Below, piece after piece: positions 6,596 to 15,945 of a DNA stretch of 39,204 nucleotides. This DNA is from an uncultured Candidatus Peregrinibacteria bacterium. GTDB lineage: Bacteria > Patescibacteriota > Gracilibacteria > UBA1369 > LOWO2-01-FULL-3. The position numbers were made by a program, and so were the translations under genes. The notes below the pieces were generated by a model that saw only the letters and a program-made list of their open reading frames with translations, did not search any database and had not been told where the DNA came from. Where the stretch lies: assembly GCA_903847465.1 (NCBI GenBank), contig CAINDQ010000038.1, positions 1-39,204 of the forward strand, read 5' to 3'. Each line of letters begins with the position of its first letter. Position 1 is the stretch's first letter.

Positions 6596-9500
6596 TTATT
6601 TCCCCAATTTCGTCAACAATCTAGACAAGTTCTCCGCAAATCCGCCACGAGTTATTTGCGTTCCAGGAGTAAATAATTTTCCGGTTTCTTCAAGAATTCC
6701 AAGCTCTTTTGCTTTCGCAATAAATCCAGCGTACCAAGCATCCAGAGCTACATCATCAAAAGGTTTTTCACTAACAACTTTAGAAATCTCAACCCCAAGG
6801 ACATTCAACAACATTTTCATTGTTTGAGCCTTGGAAGCGGTTAGTTCCGGTTTGAACAAACCTTTATATTCACCAACCAAATATCCTTCTACCCAGCCCT
6901 GCTCTTTCGCATAGCAAACATAAGGCGCATACCATTGAGTCTTCACATCAGGGAAACAATTTTTGTACTTATAAGGATCAGGCGCATTCACCTTCCAAGC
7001 TACAAGCATTTTGAGAATTTGAGCACGATTGACTGGTATTTCCGGTTTGAAATTTCCATCCTCATATCCTTTCACAACTCCTCTTTGATACAAATCGTAG
7101 ATCGCTTTGGCATTTTTTCCAGTTTCTCTCGCTACATCTTTGAATGAGAATGTTGTAACTTCAGAAACCTTTGCTATTTTTTTCATCAGAAGACTACTCC
7201 CTCCGCCTCCACCAGAACTAGCTGGCACACCAGCGATATAGTATGAAGCAAGTGTTGTGCGGAATGAACAAATTCCTTCGGAAGAAACTATACAAGTTCC
7301 ATTTCTTTCATCATCAGCGTCAATCCAAAGCAGTCCATCTTGCGTCCAACCACCATCAAGAGAAATAGATCTTTGGACCGTCAAAGTATCTCCACTTAAA
7401 TCAGCGCCAACATACATATCAACCGTTATCGGTTCACTAAATTGCAATCCAAGATCGGGAATACCCCATTCAAATGCACCAACCAAAGTACCGGCACCAA
7501 AATTAGACAACAGCTCGGTAGCTGTATCTACCGCATTCAACAAAGCAGCATTGAAAGTATCGTCCTCACCTTCGCCTACGTGACGCGTTATCGCAGTACC
7601 AGCAGGAAGAGTGATAATAGTATTAGATGATTCCGTAACTGGAATAGTGATTACAGTGTCCTCCTCAACGTCTATTTGAGTGATTTCCGAATAATCTCCA
7701 TTGTCCACTCCCGGCACAGACATCGTCCCTCCATCATCAAACAAAATTTCCAGATCATTAGTGTCTGGATCGTCATCAATCTCAACCTCATACTCACTCA
7801 AATCTTCAGCGGAACAACTTTCGTTTGTACAGAATGGTCGATACAAAACTGAATAGGAATCGCTAAGGACAATTTGAGTCCCTTGTCCGCTAGGATTTGT
7901 TACAATCGACGGCCCAGTCGCATCTCCCCACCAATTATTTCTAGCATGAATTGTTCCTCCTTCAGCGACCGCGTCAATCGCATCCTCCATATTATCAAAA
8001 GCATTTTCGCCACAAGTGTATTCACCACAATCATCACCATCAACGTCATAATTAAAATCAACATAAACATCGTCAACACCACCTGCTGGCCAGTCCCACG
8101 CAGAAGTGTCCAACATATCATAATTAACAAGATCACTATATTCCGACAACACATACATATCATTACCATTGTTCACCCCCACGGAAGAGTTTTCAGATAA
8201 ATCGCCAATCATTTCGCCATAATTTAAATCAAAAGTATTGTCATCCCGAAGCACAATTTCAAAATTCAACAAGGTCTCGCAATTACTATGCTCAGCCCCC
8301 TGCCATCTAAATATCACCTGCCCATCTTCGTTATCCGTAATATAAATATCTGAACCATCGCCGCCACACTCAGAGTCGGTATCCAAATCGCCACTCATAG
8401 CCACGATGATCGGAACACCAATTCCGTCAGCCACACCAAAATCGTACTCATTGTCCGGATCCTCAAAAGCAATATAACCATTTGAACTAACATAAACATA
8501 ATCACCCGCACTATAAGTTACCCCATAAAAAGTAAAATCAAACGGTAACTCATACGTCCAAACGTTATCATCATCATTCCATCCTTGAGCTTCACCACTA
8601 TCATGAAATTGATTTTCATCTAAGATAGTTTCCACTGGATTTTGAATAGCAGACTCACTGGCAGTAAAGGTGCGAGAATCAGTAACAAGCAGATCTCCAT
8701 CCGTATTTACAACATAGGCCTCGATGGTATGTTCCTCGGCAGACAAATCATCAAAAGTGACGTCATATGGGAAAGAAGAAGCATCATACAATGCTTTTAT
8801 TTCACCTGCAGATAAAACACGATCGAAAACCAAAACATCATCGACACTACCATCAAGTTGACCCTCAACAGACAAAGATGCTCCGATTCTGGCGCCGCCA
8901 TCCATTTCAGTATCCCAGTCTTGCGCACCAGCTTGCGTCAGGAGCGATCCATCATAATACAGTGAAGCATATTGACCATCATAAACTCCCGCAATCTGAT
9001 GCCACTCCCCATCCGTCGTGGACAATCCAGAATTAAGGATGTCAGAACCAAAGCCACTAAACATAAGGGTACTTGAATCTTCACAGATCAAAGCCCTTTG
9101 AGAATATTCAGTCTCAGCCCCATACACAAATAAATAGGTGCTATCGCAAGAATCAGTCTTAAACCACAAACTGATCGTCACCGGATCGGTGCCAACCGGG
9201 AAAGATTCTGTTTGCAAGTCAACATAACCCTGTGAGAAATCAAATGCTTGACCAAATTTACCTTCAATATAACTAACTCCATCGGAAGCATCACCCGAAG
9301 CATCATGTACAGAATCATCATTGGCATTCTCTTCGCCGCGCCACCAACCAATGAGCGAATTATCTAAATTATTAATAACATAAGACTGCGGACCATCACC
9401 AGTGGTTTCGATTTTAACTTCAGCCGTGTTGCTAGCCAAGGTCTCTTCATCTGCCGGAGTAGGTGGCGTAACAAATTGAATTGTAAACGGATCATCAGCT

Positions 9501-12500
9501 TCTATAGCCTCCAAAGTAGGATATAATCCCTCAAAGGCTCCCCAAGCCTGATCCCCTCCACTAAATATCCAGTTGTTCGAGAATGGTGATTGTGACGCGA
9601 CATCTAAACCTTGGAAATATGCTATTGATTCACCAAGAATAGGGTCACCGGACTCACGACCATCGCCTACAGGAGTACCTTCACCGACATAGTAATCATA
9701 TAAAGCACCATAATCAACATCTCCGCCTTGTCCAATAAAATCACCAATATATGTCGGATCAATACCCTCCCCGGTGACTGTTCCCGTACTAAACGAATAA
9801 CTAATCTCCCCAGAAAGATCAATACCCACCAAACCGCCAACATATTTATTGCCTTGAACAGTACCGGTAGCATACGAATTTACAACTTCACCGGACAAAC
9901 CACCTACCAAACCACCAGCTCGCTCACCTCCGATATACCAATTTCCACCATCTCCAGCCGTCACATTACCTGTAGCATAACAATCTTGGACTAAAGCATT
10001 TGTTCCACCCACCAAACCTCCCACGCGAAGACTAATACCTAAAACATCACCGGTAGCATATGATTCATATATATCTCCATTATTCGCCATACCAACCAAA
10101 CCACCGGCATAGGAAGATGGAGCATCAAGTTCATAACCATCTTCATGTGCAGTAACACTGCCCGTGGCAAAGGAAGCATAAACTTCTCCGCCATCCAAAT
10201 AACCAATTAAACCGCCTGCCCCATATTCATCAGCAGTAATCTCCCCAGTGGCGAAAGAATTCTCGACATAGCCTTGTGCGGCACCGATCAAACCGCCGAC
10301 ATTCCAATAACCAGCCACTCTCACATCAGCTGAACTATGAGACACATAACCGTACTCAGTCATCACACCGACCAATCCACCAGTTTCTTGTTCACTACCC
10401 TGAACTTGACCAGACGAATATGAACCAAGAATATAACCTTGATTATAGTCTCCTTCCGTTCCAGACAAAGCACCAACCATACCGCCAACATAATTTCTTC
10501 CATCAACCGTAATATTAGTTTCAGAAGTAGTAATTGAACCAAGCGATCCGCCAGCTAAACCACCGACATAATCATTTCCAGAAATATTTCCTTCAACATT
10601 GGAATTACCGACCTCCACATGGTTAAACATTTTACCAACAAGACCACCAACGCGATCATGACCATTGACATAAACATCCGTTAAACTAACATTAAGGATT
10701 CTACCACTTTCTTCATCTTCTTCTCTGATTTGCACCACGCCAAACAAACCGACATAATCGGTTTCCGATCGATCTATATTTAAGCCATCAATAGTCTTAC
10801 TATCACCATCAAAATGACCGGTGAAAGGTGATTCTAAAGTTCCAATTGGTTCAAAACCAGCACCATCATTCCATCCACTGGTTGCGGAACAATCAATAGT
10901 ATCGGTTTCACCCTCAGGCACCAAAATATAATAATCATCCAAATAATCCACATCACTATTTATTGCCTGCAATTGCTGACAATTAGCAATTTGCCACGGC
11001 CCATCCCCTACATCCTCTGGAGAACCATCTCCTCCGGCAAATGAAGGTTCTTCTTCCACACTGAAAGTTCTTTCACTAGTCGAAACTTTATTGCCATCCA
11101 AATCAACAGCATAAGCAGTATCTGTATGCTCACCACCAGCTAAATCGGTAAAAGTATTACTATATTGATTTGCAGAAGCGTCGTACAAAGACGCAATCTC
11201 TCCCAAGGATAAAACTCGATTAAAAATCGAGATGTCGTCAATCAACCCAGTCCAATATTCAAAATCTCCATCGCTATTTCTACCAATAGTGAAATTATTA
11301 GTCGCATAAGCAATTGAAGATATGCCAACTGTATCGTAATTCTTATCCAATTCTCCATCTACATAAATTTTTATATTTCCAGCTGAGAACGCGACTGTAA
11401 CTAAATGTCCACTTCCATCTGCAATATTCGTAACACCATCGACATTATCAAAACTGCCACCACCACCAACAGCGACATGAATCTGGCCAGTTTCTCCATC
11501 CATAGAGACTAGATACCCTGAAAGCGGAAAATGCCATTGATTACCTATAATCGTTTTCCAGCCAACGCCTTGATTGACTGGCTTAACCCATGCAGACACA
11601 GTAAAATTATCAGAAGTTTGCAATGATTCATCGCTCGCAACAGTTACATAGTTAGTACCATCAAAATCAAACGCCTGCCCAAATTTTCCGGCAGAATAAG
11701 AACCGACACCCTCTCCTGTGTACAATTCCCATTCGTATATTTCCGGCCAATTTGCAGAAGGAGTTCCTGTATCAATAAACAATCTGTAATAACGATAACT
11801 GGTTGAATTTGAAATATAGTCATTATACCAAGTATTATTGACCCCATGGCTAAATGATTTCAGGTCCGTCCAAGCGCTATCATCATTTGAACCTTGTATT
11901 CTTCCTGTCATAGCCTCGGTTGGTTCGTTATAAAGCAATCTGGTCTTTGTGACTGTTGCTTCATTACCAACTCCTAGATCAATTTCAAGCCACTGAGTTG
12001 TCCCATTGTAACCACCGGTATTTCCATCGCAGAACCACTTCGTATCAGGATCACCATCAAAGGCCTTGCCAGGAAGATAAAAATCAACAGGGTTTTCAGG
12101 ATCAACTAGGTATGTATTAGAAGCACTCGCTGTTGCAGAAGTTGTATCCACTATTGTATAGCCAGAACCATCTATGTCAAAAGACCCATTATTCCCAGTC
12201 CCCGATTCATCAGTCGCATTATCTTCGCCTCTCCACCAACCAACCAAAGAATCATCAAAATTATTTACAATATAATGCTGATTGGAGCTATTGGTAGCAA
12301 CTGATATTTCCGCTGAAGTCCCATTGATAATAGAAGAATCTACAGGAGTCGGCGGAGTCTCAAAAGAAATTGTCAAAGGATCGTCTGCCGCGATTGCATA
12401 TAGAGTTGGAAAAAATCCTTCCGTCGCTACCCAAACAGGATCGGGTTGTTCCAACGTGCCCCCTACAAAATCCCATGAACTAATAGGCGGAGTAGGCTCA

Positions 12501-15500
12501 GGATAACTCGCCGCTTTGAAATAACTTAAATTATCAACATAAGGCACAACAATCTCTTCATCATTACCTACTGCCTGCCAAATACTTCCATCATTATAAT
12601 AGTAGGAGCTATCAATTCCAGCGCCTACATTTAAACCATCGGTATAGCCTATAAAGAAACCAATGTCGTAAATTCTTTCGCTGGTAATTATTCCCGCCAT
12701 AAAACTATTAAGAACCAAATCGGACCCACTTTCAGACCCGCCAACAAAACCACCGATGGCCTCAGAAGAATCAGAATCAGTACCAGCAACAGTTCCACCA
12801 AAGTAACTATTTTCAATAATTGATGTAGAATAACCATTGTATCCGACCATACCACCGACACCTACTAAACCACTAACATCGCTTACGGAATAACTATCCA
12901 CAACAACTACTCCAGTCCCATCATAGCTATCATTATAAATACTCCCAATAACACCACCTACCTTTTCACCTCCTCCAGCCACAGATCCAGAGGTATAACT
13001 TTGAGAAATTTGAATGTCGCAGTCATCGTCATCAAAACCCACTGACCCCAACATTCCACCAACAGAATTTACCCCAGACAAAACATTGCCAGAAAAGTAG
13101 CTGGTAGAAATATCTAATTCAAATTCTTCCGAAACACAGGCATTGCCGAGGGATATATTTCCAACAAACCCACCAACCCCATCAGCACCACCAGTAATAT
13201 CACTCGATACGGATGAACTCGTAATTGTGGATGGTCCAAAATCTTCTAAATAACCGACAAAACCTCCGGCCGTTCCGACAGAGGTAATATCAACGCTACT
13301 CACTACATTATCGATAGTAATCCCACTGGCAGACCCAGCTAACAAACCAGCCGAAGAACCACTCTGAGTACTATTAACCGTACTACTTGAGAAAGTTAAA
13401 TCCTTAAAAATAGCTGAGGAAACAAACCCAAAAAGACCGACATTAGCGGCATCAATATCAATATTTAAGTTACTAATCGTCTTATTATTTCCATCCAAAA
13501 CTCCAACAAAAACGCCAGTATCTGACTCATCACTAAATGTCCCGATCGGATCAAAGTAACCTTCATTCGCTTCACCGTCAATAACGGTCGCGCAATCAAT
13601 ATCATCCACCAATTTATACACATCTTCTGAAGCAGTGTCATTACTGTAAGTCACCGCAATGTCCTGCAATTCCTGACAAGTAGAAATTTCATGTGTTTTT
13701 CGAAGCGTTGGATAACCGACTCCCTCTGGATCCAACCAAATACTATCAAAATCCCAATCTGCAAAAGTATCACGATCTCCCATTTCTAGAGTAGTTTTTC
13801 CAGTACCAATACCATTTTCCCCAAGTAAGAAAATTTCATTATTCCAAAACAAACTATTTGACCCAGCTCCAGTATCTAGATATCCAACGATCCCGCCAAC
13901 TCCCTGACCTCCACCTTCACGAACATTAACATCAACAACTGAGTAACTATTGCGAAGGAATGCACCACCTTGATTGGCACCTACTAAGCCACCAAGTCTA
14001 TTTGCGCCAGTCACGCTACCAGTAGCATAAGTATTTAAAACTGAAGTATCACCATGACTATATCCAATCAACGCTCCTACTGCCCAATCAACACCAATGA
14101 TATAAACATCTTCCAAGCCAACATTTTGAATAGTTGCCCCATCCGTTTCTCCAAAAAAACCAGTTCCGCCCCCACCAGTAACTGGAGTCGACACAGGTTG
14201 ATTAATATAAAGATTAGAAATGACATATCCATACCCATCAAATGTTCCACTAAAATATGTAGCTGGCGTATCATTAGGATTTCCAATCGGATTGAAACCC
14301 ATCAAATACGTTAAATCAGCCGTAACTGCCCCCGCAGGCTCTACGTCAAAAGTAATAGTTCCATTCGCAGGATCAACCGTATACGAATCTTCTATAGCAA
14401 CCTCCCCTCCAACATAAATTTCCCCTCCCGTTAAATTCGTATAGCCAGTTGAATAAGTAGTGCCACTTACAAGTGTAAGCGATATTCCCGTCACTAAAGC
14501 TGACTCATTCCAATCTTCTGATTCCGCACAATCTATGTCGGAAGTCAAAACATAGTCTGCATCCAAATCCGTCCTCATATTTTGCAATTGAGCACAAGTT
14601 TCAATTCGATATGGATCCTCCGACGTTCCGCTACCGCTAGCAAAAAGAGTATCCACAGCAAAATTAGCAGTAACCGTTATATCATTGATAATGTCGGCAT
14701 CAGTTCTCTCTGCAGGTAAAAGCTCATCGTCACTCCAAGAAATAAAATGATAACCCGCGTTAGGAACAGCGGTAACTGTCGCCCCACTCCCTAATTCGTA
14801 AACGATTTGTGGAGAAACGCCATCTATATAACCACCTTCTCCAGCTGTATAAGTCAAAGTATAAGTTGTCGGATCGCCGCCACAGTCTGGTGGACAGTCA
14901 TCTGGTGGCGGAACAAAGTCCTCAACCGTAATTGTTCCAGAATCACCAGGGGTTAACCCCTCCAATGTCGCATGAATAGTGGCAGTTCCAGTCGCGCCAC
15001 CGGTAAAAATGGCACTCTTCATATCTAGTGCTGGCGAAAGATCACCATCAACCACCCCACCTGTTTCACCTTCAAGTGACCATGCAGTTGCCGCAACATT
15101 CTCAATAAAATTTCCATACTGATCACGCGTAATTGCATAAGCGGTCAATGTATCTCCAATATAAATCGTCTGCTCCCAAACATCTATTTCAGTCCCGTCT
15201 TCTACGCGAACCTGTGTCGCCACATCCGGAACCAAAGTTACTGTAGAGATACTTAGAGACACATCTGCAAACGAAACACTAAAAGTTCCCTCCGTAGTAG
15301 TCGTTGTAGACAAACGAATTTCGTCACCACTCGCCGTGCCAGATAACTTAACACTGATCGTACCACCACTGTAAAGGGTATAAAAACTATCCATAATTAT
15401 ACTAGTCCCCGTAATCTGTATACTATTCGGAGAATCTTCTCTTTCCACTGTCGGCATTTGAGAAATGATCAAGTCTGAAGCTGTAATGCCTGGATCAATA

Positions 15501-15748
15501 ACTGTTCCTGCAGGAAAAAACATCGTCACGGTTAAAGGGGTTGTATAATTTTCCGAAACATTGAAAGTCCCAATGACATCATTTGGTTGCAGCCATGATC
15601 CTACGGTCTCCCCAGAAGGGCCAAAGGTAAGATCGGCCGCGTTTGCGTTTGCAACGCCAATTTTTAGACCACCCAAATTAGTAGCCATTAACGTAAACAT
15701 CACAAAACTCGCAACGAGTTTTTTGAAACAGGAGAGAGATTTTTTCAT
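6596..15748 (-). CDS. giant SLH-anchored modular surface protein A (3050 aa; GLUG beta-helix stalks plus lectin-type domains)
   Basis: A 3050-aa uninterrupted ORF with these elements in order. (1) Sec signal peptide MKKSLSCFKKLVASFVMFTLMATNLGG..ANA. (2) Ig-like domain (TLTAYAITRDQYGNFIENV). (3) Listeria-Bacteroides-type repeat (YTLTYTAGEGGY..GYHFISWSDD). (4) Three cap modules (PYRIETCAQLQ.., ISTCQELQ.., QIANCQQLQ.. ending in DIDC), each followed by many GLUG-type turns (VGGLVG/VGGFVG). (5) F5/8 type C, two LamG and a NIDO-like domain. (6) An NNWWG beta-helix end. (7) Three C-terminal SLH repeats. Confidence 0.95.
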   Translation of the reverse strand: MKKSLSCFKKLVASFVMFTLMATNLGGLKIGVANANAADLTFGPSGETVGSWLQPNDVIGTFNVSENYTTPLTVTMFFPAGTVIDPGITASDLIISQMPTVEREDSPNSIQITGTSIIMDSFYTLYSGGTISVKLSGTASGDEIRLSTTTTTEGTFSVSFADVSLSISTVTLVPDVATQVRVEDGTEIDVWEQTIYIGDTLTAYAITRDQYGNFIENVAATAWSLEGETGGVVDGDLSPALDMKSAIFTGGATGTATIHATLEGLTPGDSGTITVEDFVPPPDDCPPDCGGDPTTYTLTYTAGEGGYIDGVSPQIVYELGSGATVTAVPNAGYHFISWSDDELLPAERTDADIINDITVTANFAVDTLFASGSGTSEDPYRIETCAQLQNMRTDLDADYVLTSDIDCAESEDWNESALVTGISLTLVSGTTYSTGYTNLTGGEIYVGGEVAIEDSYTVDPANGTITFDVEPAGAVTADLTYLMGFNPIGNPNDTPATYFSGTFDGYGYVISNLYINQPVSTPVTGGGGTGFFGETDGATIQNVGLEDVYIIGVDWAVGALIGYSHGDTSVLNTYATGSVTGANRLGGLVGANQGGAFLRNSYSVVDVNVREGGGQGVGGIVGYLDTGAGSNSLFWNNEIFLLGENGIGTGKTTLEMGDRDTFADWDFDSIWLDPEGVGYPTLRKTHEISTCQELQDIAVTYSNDTASEDVYKLVDDIDCATVIDGEANEGYFDPIGTFSDESDTGVFVGVLDGNNKTISNLNIDIDAANVGLFGFVSSAIFKDLTFSSSTVNSTQSGSSAGLLAGSASGITIDNVVSSVDITSVGTAGGFVGYLEDFGPSTITSSSVSSDITGGADGVGGFVGNISLGNACVSEEFELDISTSYFSGNVLSGVNSVGGMLGSVGFDDDDCDIQISQSYTSGSVAGGGEKVGGVIGSIYNDSYDGTGVVVVDSYSVSDVSGLVGVGGMVGYNGYSTSIIENSYFGGTVAGTDSDSSEAIGGFVGGSESGSDLVLNSFMAGIITSERIYDIGFFIGYTDGLNVGAGIDSSYYYNDGSIWQAVGNDEEIVVPYVDNLSYFKAASYPEPTPPISSWDFVGGTLEQPDPVWVATEGFFPTLYAIAADDPLTISFETPPTPVDSSIINGTSAEISVATNSSNQHYIVNNFDDSLVGWWRGEDNATDESGTGNNGSFDIDGSGYTIVDTTSATASASNTYLVDPENPVDFYLPGKAFDGDPDTKWFCDGNTGGYNGTTQWLEIDLGVGNEATVTKTRLLYNEPTEAMTGRIQGSNDDSAWTDLKSFSHGVNNTWYNDYISNSTSYRYYRLFIDTGTPSANWPEIYEWELYTGEGVGSYSAGKFGQAFDFDGTNYVTVASDESLQTSDNFTVSAWVKPVNQGVGWKTIIGNQWHFPLSGYLVSMDGETGQIHVAVGGGGSFDNVDGVTNIADGSGHLVTVAFSAGNIKIYVDGELDKNYDTVGISSIAYATNNFTIGRNSDGDFEYWTGLIDDISIFNRVLSLGEIASLYDASANQYSNTFTDLAGGEHTDTAYAVDLDGNKVSTSERTFSVEEEPSFAGGDGSPEDVGDGPWQIANCQQLQAINSDVDYLDDYYILVPEGETDTIDCSATSGWNDGAGFEPIGTLESPFTGHFDGDSKTIDGLNIDRSETDYVGLFGVVQIREEDEESGRILNVSLTDVYVNGHDRVGGLVGKMFNHVEVGNSNVEGNISGNDYVGGLAGGSLGSITTSETNITVDGRNYVGGMVGALSGTEGDYNQGYILGSYSSGQVQGSEQETGGLVGVMTEYGYVSHSSADVRVAGYWNVGGLIGAAQGYVENSFATGEITADEYGAGGLIGYLDGGEVYASFATGSVTAHEDGYELDAPSSYAGGLVGMANNGDIYESYATGDVLGISLRVGGLVGGTNALVQDCYATGNVTAGDGGNWYIGGERAGGLVGGLSGEVVNSYATGTVQGNKYVGGLVGIDLSGEISYSFSTGTVTGEGIDPTYIGDFIGQGGDVDYGALYDYYVGEGTPVGDGRESGDPILGESIAYFQGLDVASQSPFSNNWIFSGGDQAWGAFEGLYPTLEAIEADDPFTIQFVTPPTPADEETLASNTAEVKIETTGDGPQSYVINNLDNSLIGWWRGEENANDDSVHDASGDASDGVSYIEGKFGQAFDFSQGYVDLQTESFPVGTDPVTISLWFKTDSCDSTYLFVYGAETEYSQRALICEDSSTLMFSGFGSDILNSGLSTTDGEWHQIAGVYDGQYASLYYDGSLLTQAGAQDWDTEMDGGARIGASLSVEGQLDGSVDDVLVFDRVLSAGEIKALYDASSFPYDVTFDDLSAEEHTIEAYVVNTDGDLLVTDSRTFTASESAIQNPVETILDENQFHDSGEAQGWNDDDNVWTYELPFDFTFYGVTYSAGDYVYVSSNGYIAFEDPDNEYDFGVADGIGVPIIVAMSGDLDTDSECGGDGSDIYITDNEDGQVIFRWQGAEHSNCETLLNFEIVLRDDNTFDLNYGEMIGDLSENSSVGVNNGNDMYVLSEYSDLVNYDMLDTSAWDWPAGGVDDVYVDFNYDVDGDDCGEYTCGENAFDNMEDAIDAVAEGGTIHARNNWWGDATGPSIVTNPSGQGTQIVLSDSYSVLYRPFCTNESCSAEDLSEYEVEIDDDPDTNDLEILFDDGGTMSVPGVDNGDYSEITQIDVEEDTVITIPVTESSNTIITLPAGTAITRHVGEGEDDTFNAALLNAVDTATELLSNFGAGTLVGAFEWGIPDLGLQFSEPITVDMYVGADLSGDTLTVQRSISLDGGWTQDGLLWIDADDERNGTCIVSSEGICSFRTTLASYYIAGVPASSGGGGGSSLLMKKIAKVSEVTTFSFKDVARETGKNAKAIYDLYQRGVVKGYEDGNFKPEIPVNRAQILKMLVAWKVNAPDPYKYKNCFPDVKTQWYAPYVCYAKEQGWVEGYLVGEYKGLFKPELTASKAQTMKMLLNVLGVEISKVVSEKPFDDVALDAWYAGFIAKAKELGILEETGKLFTPGTQITRGGFAENLSRLLTKLGK
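6599..7150 (-). other. three SLH (S-layer homology) repeats, C-terminus of protein A
   Basis: FSFKDVARETG..VVKGYEDGNFKPEIPVNRAQILKML; FPDVKTQWYAPYVCYAKEQGWVEGY..FKPELTASKAQTMKML; FDDVALDAWYAGFIAKAKELGIL..FTPGTQITRGGFAENL. Confidence 0.8.
8138..8560 (-). other. NIDO-like (nidogen-type) domain in protein A
   Basis: WTYELPFDFTFYGVTYSAGDYVYVSSNGYIAF...VPIIVAMSGDLDTD...SDIYITD...VIFRWQG matches the remembered NIDO pattern fpFfG..y..lyVntNG.isF ... iiAPfwaDvd ... vyyr. Confidence 0.45.
8780..9262 (-). other. LamG / concanavalin-A-like lectin domain (second copy in A)
   Basis: GKFGQAFDFSQGYVDLQ...VTISLWFKTD...WHQIAGVYDG...LYYDGSL...VDDVLVFDRVLSAGEIKALYDA. Confidence 0.7.
11177..11689 (-). other. 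LamG / concanavalin-A-like lectin domain (first copy in A)
   Basis: GKFGQAFDFDGTNYVTVASDESLQTSDNFTVSAWVKP...HLVTVAFSAGNIKIYVDGEL...IDDISIFNRVLSLGEIASLYDA. Confidence 0.7.
11720..12079 (-). other. F5/8 type C (discoidin)-like carbohydrate-binding domain in protein A
   Basis: GKAFDGDPDTKWFC...QWLEIDLGVGNEATVTKTRLLYN...GRIQGSNDDSAWTDL...YRYYRLFI...IYEWELY follows the A.DGd..T.W / wl.vDLG / iq.S.Dg..W / aRYvRl / E.e.y pattern. Confidence 0.6.
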
Positions 15749-15852
15749 ATTTATTTAATTAGGATTTGAGGTTGAAGATTTTTTTATTACTCTTGCGAGT
15801 ATATCAAGAGCACAAGCCAAATGTAAATATTTCTTTGTAAATAAATCCCGTG
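15570..15852 (-). repeat. copy 1 of the duplicated promoter/5' leader/signal-peptide cassette (partner at 26708..26990)
   Basis: About 100 bp upstream of the ATG plus about 180 bp of coding sequence align almost base for base with the equivalent part of gene B. For example, CAAAACTCGCAACGAGTTTTTTGAAACAGGA and ATTACTCTTGCGAGTATATCAAG.GCACAAGCCAAATGTAAATATTTCTTT occur in both. Confidence 0.85.
15798..15827 (-). promoter_or_regulatory. sigma70-like promoter of giant gene A
   Basis: Read on the minus strand: TTTACA (15827..15822), an 18-nt spacer, then TATACT (15803..15798). The predicted leader is about 43 nt and has no SD motif. The element is conserved in gene B. Confidence 0.45.
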
Positions 15853-15886
15853 TTTGAATGCCCCAGTAATTTTCACTCCAATAAAT

Positions 15887-15926
15887 AAAAGAGCCTCCAT
15901 TTTTCAGAAGGCTCTTTTTGTTTAGA
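15887..15926. terminator. rho-independent terminator downstream of giant gene B
   Basis: AAAAGAGCCT (15887..15896) pairs with AGGCTCTTTT (15909..15918) around a 12-nt loop. On the minus strand the stem is followed by TTTTATTTATT. The sequence is related to the terminator at 6541..6580. Confidence 0.65.
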
Positions 15927-15945
15927 ATTTTTAACCACTCACCAC

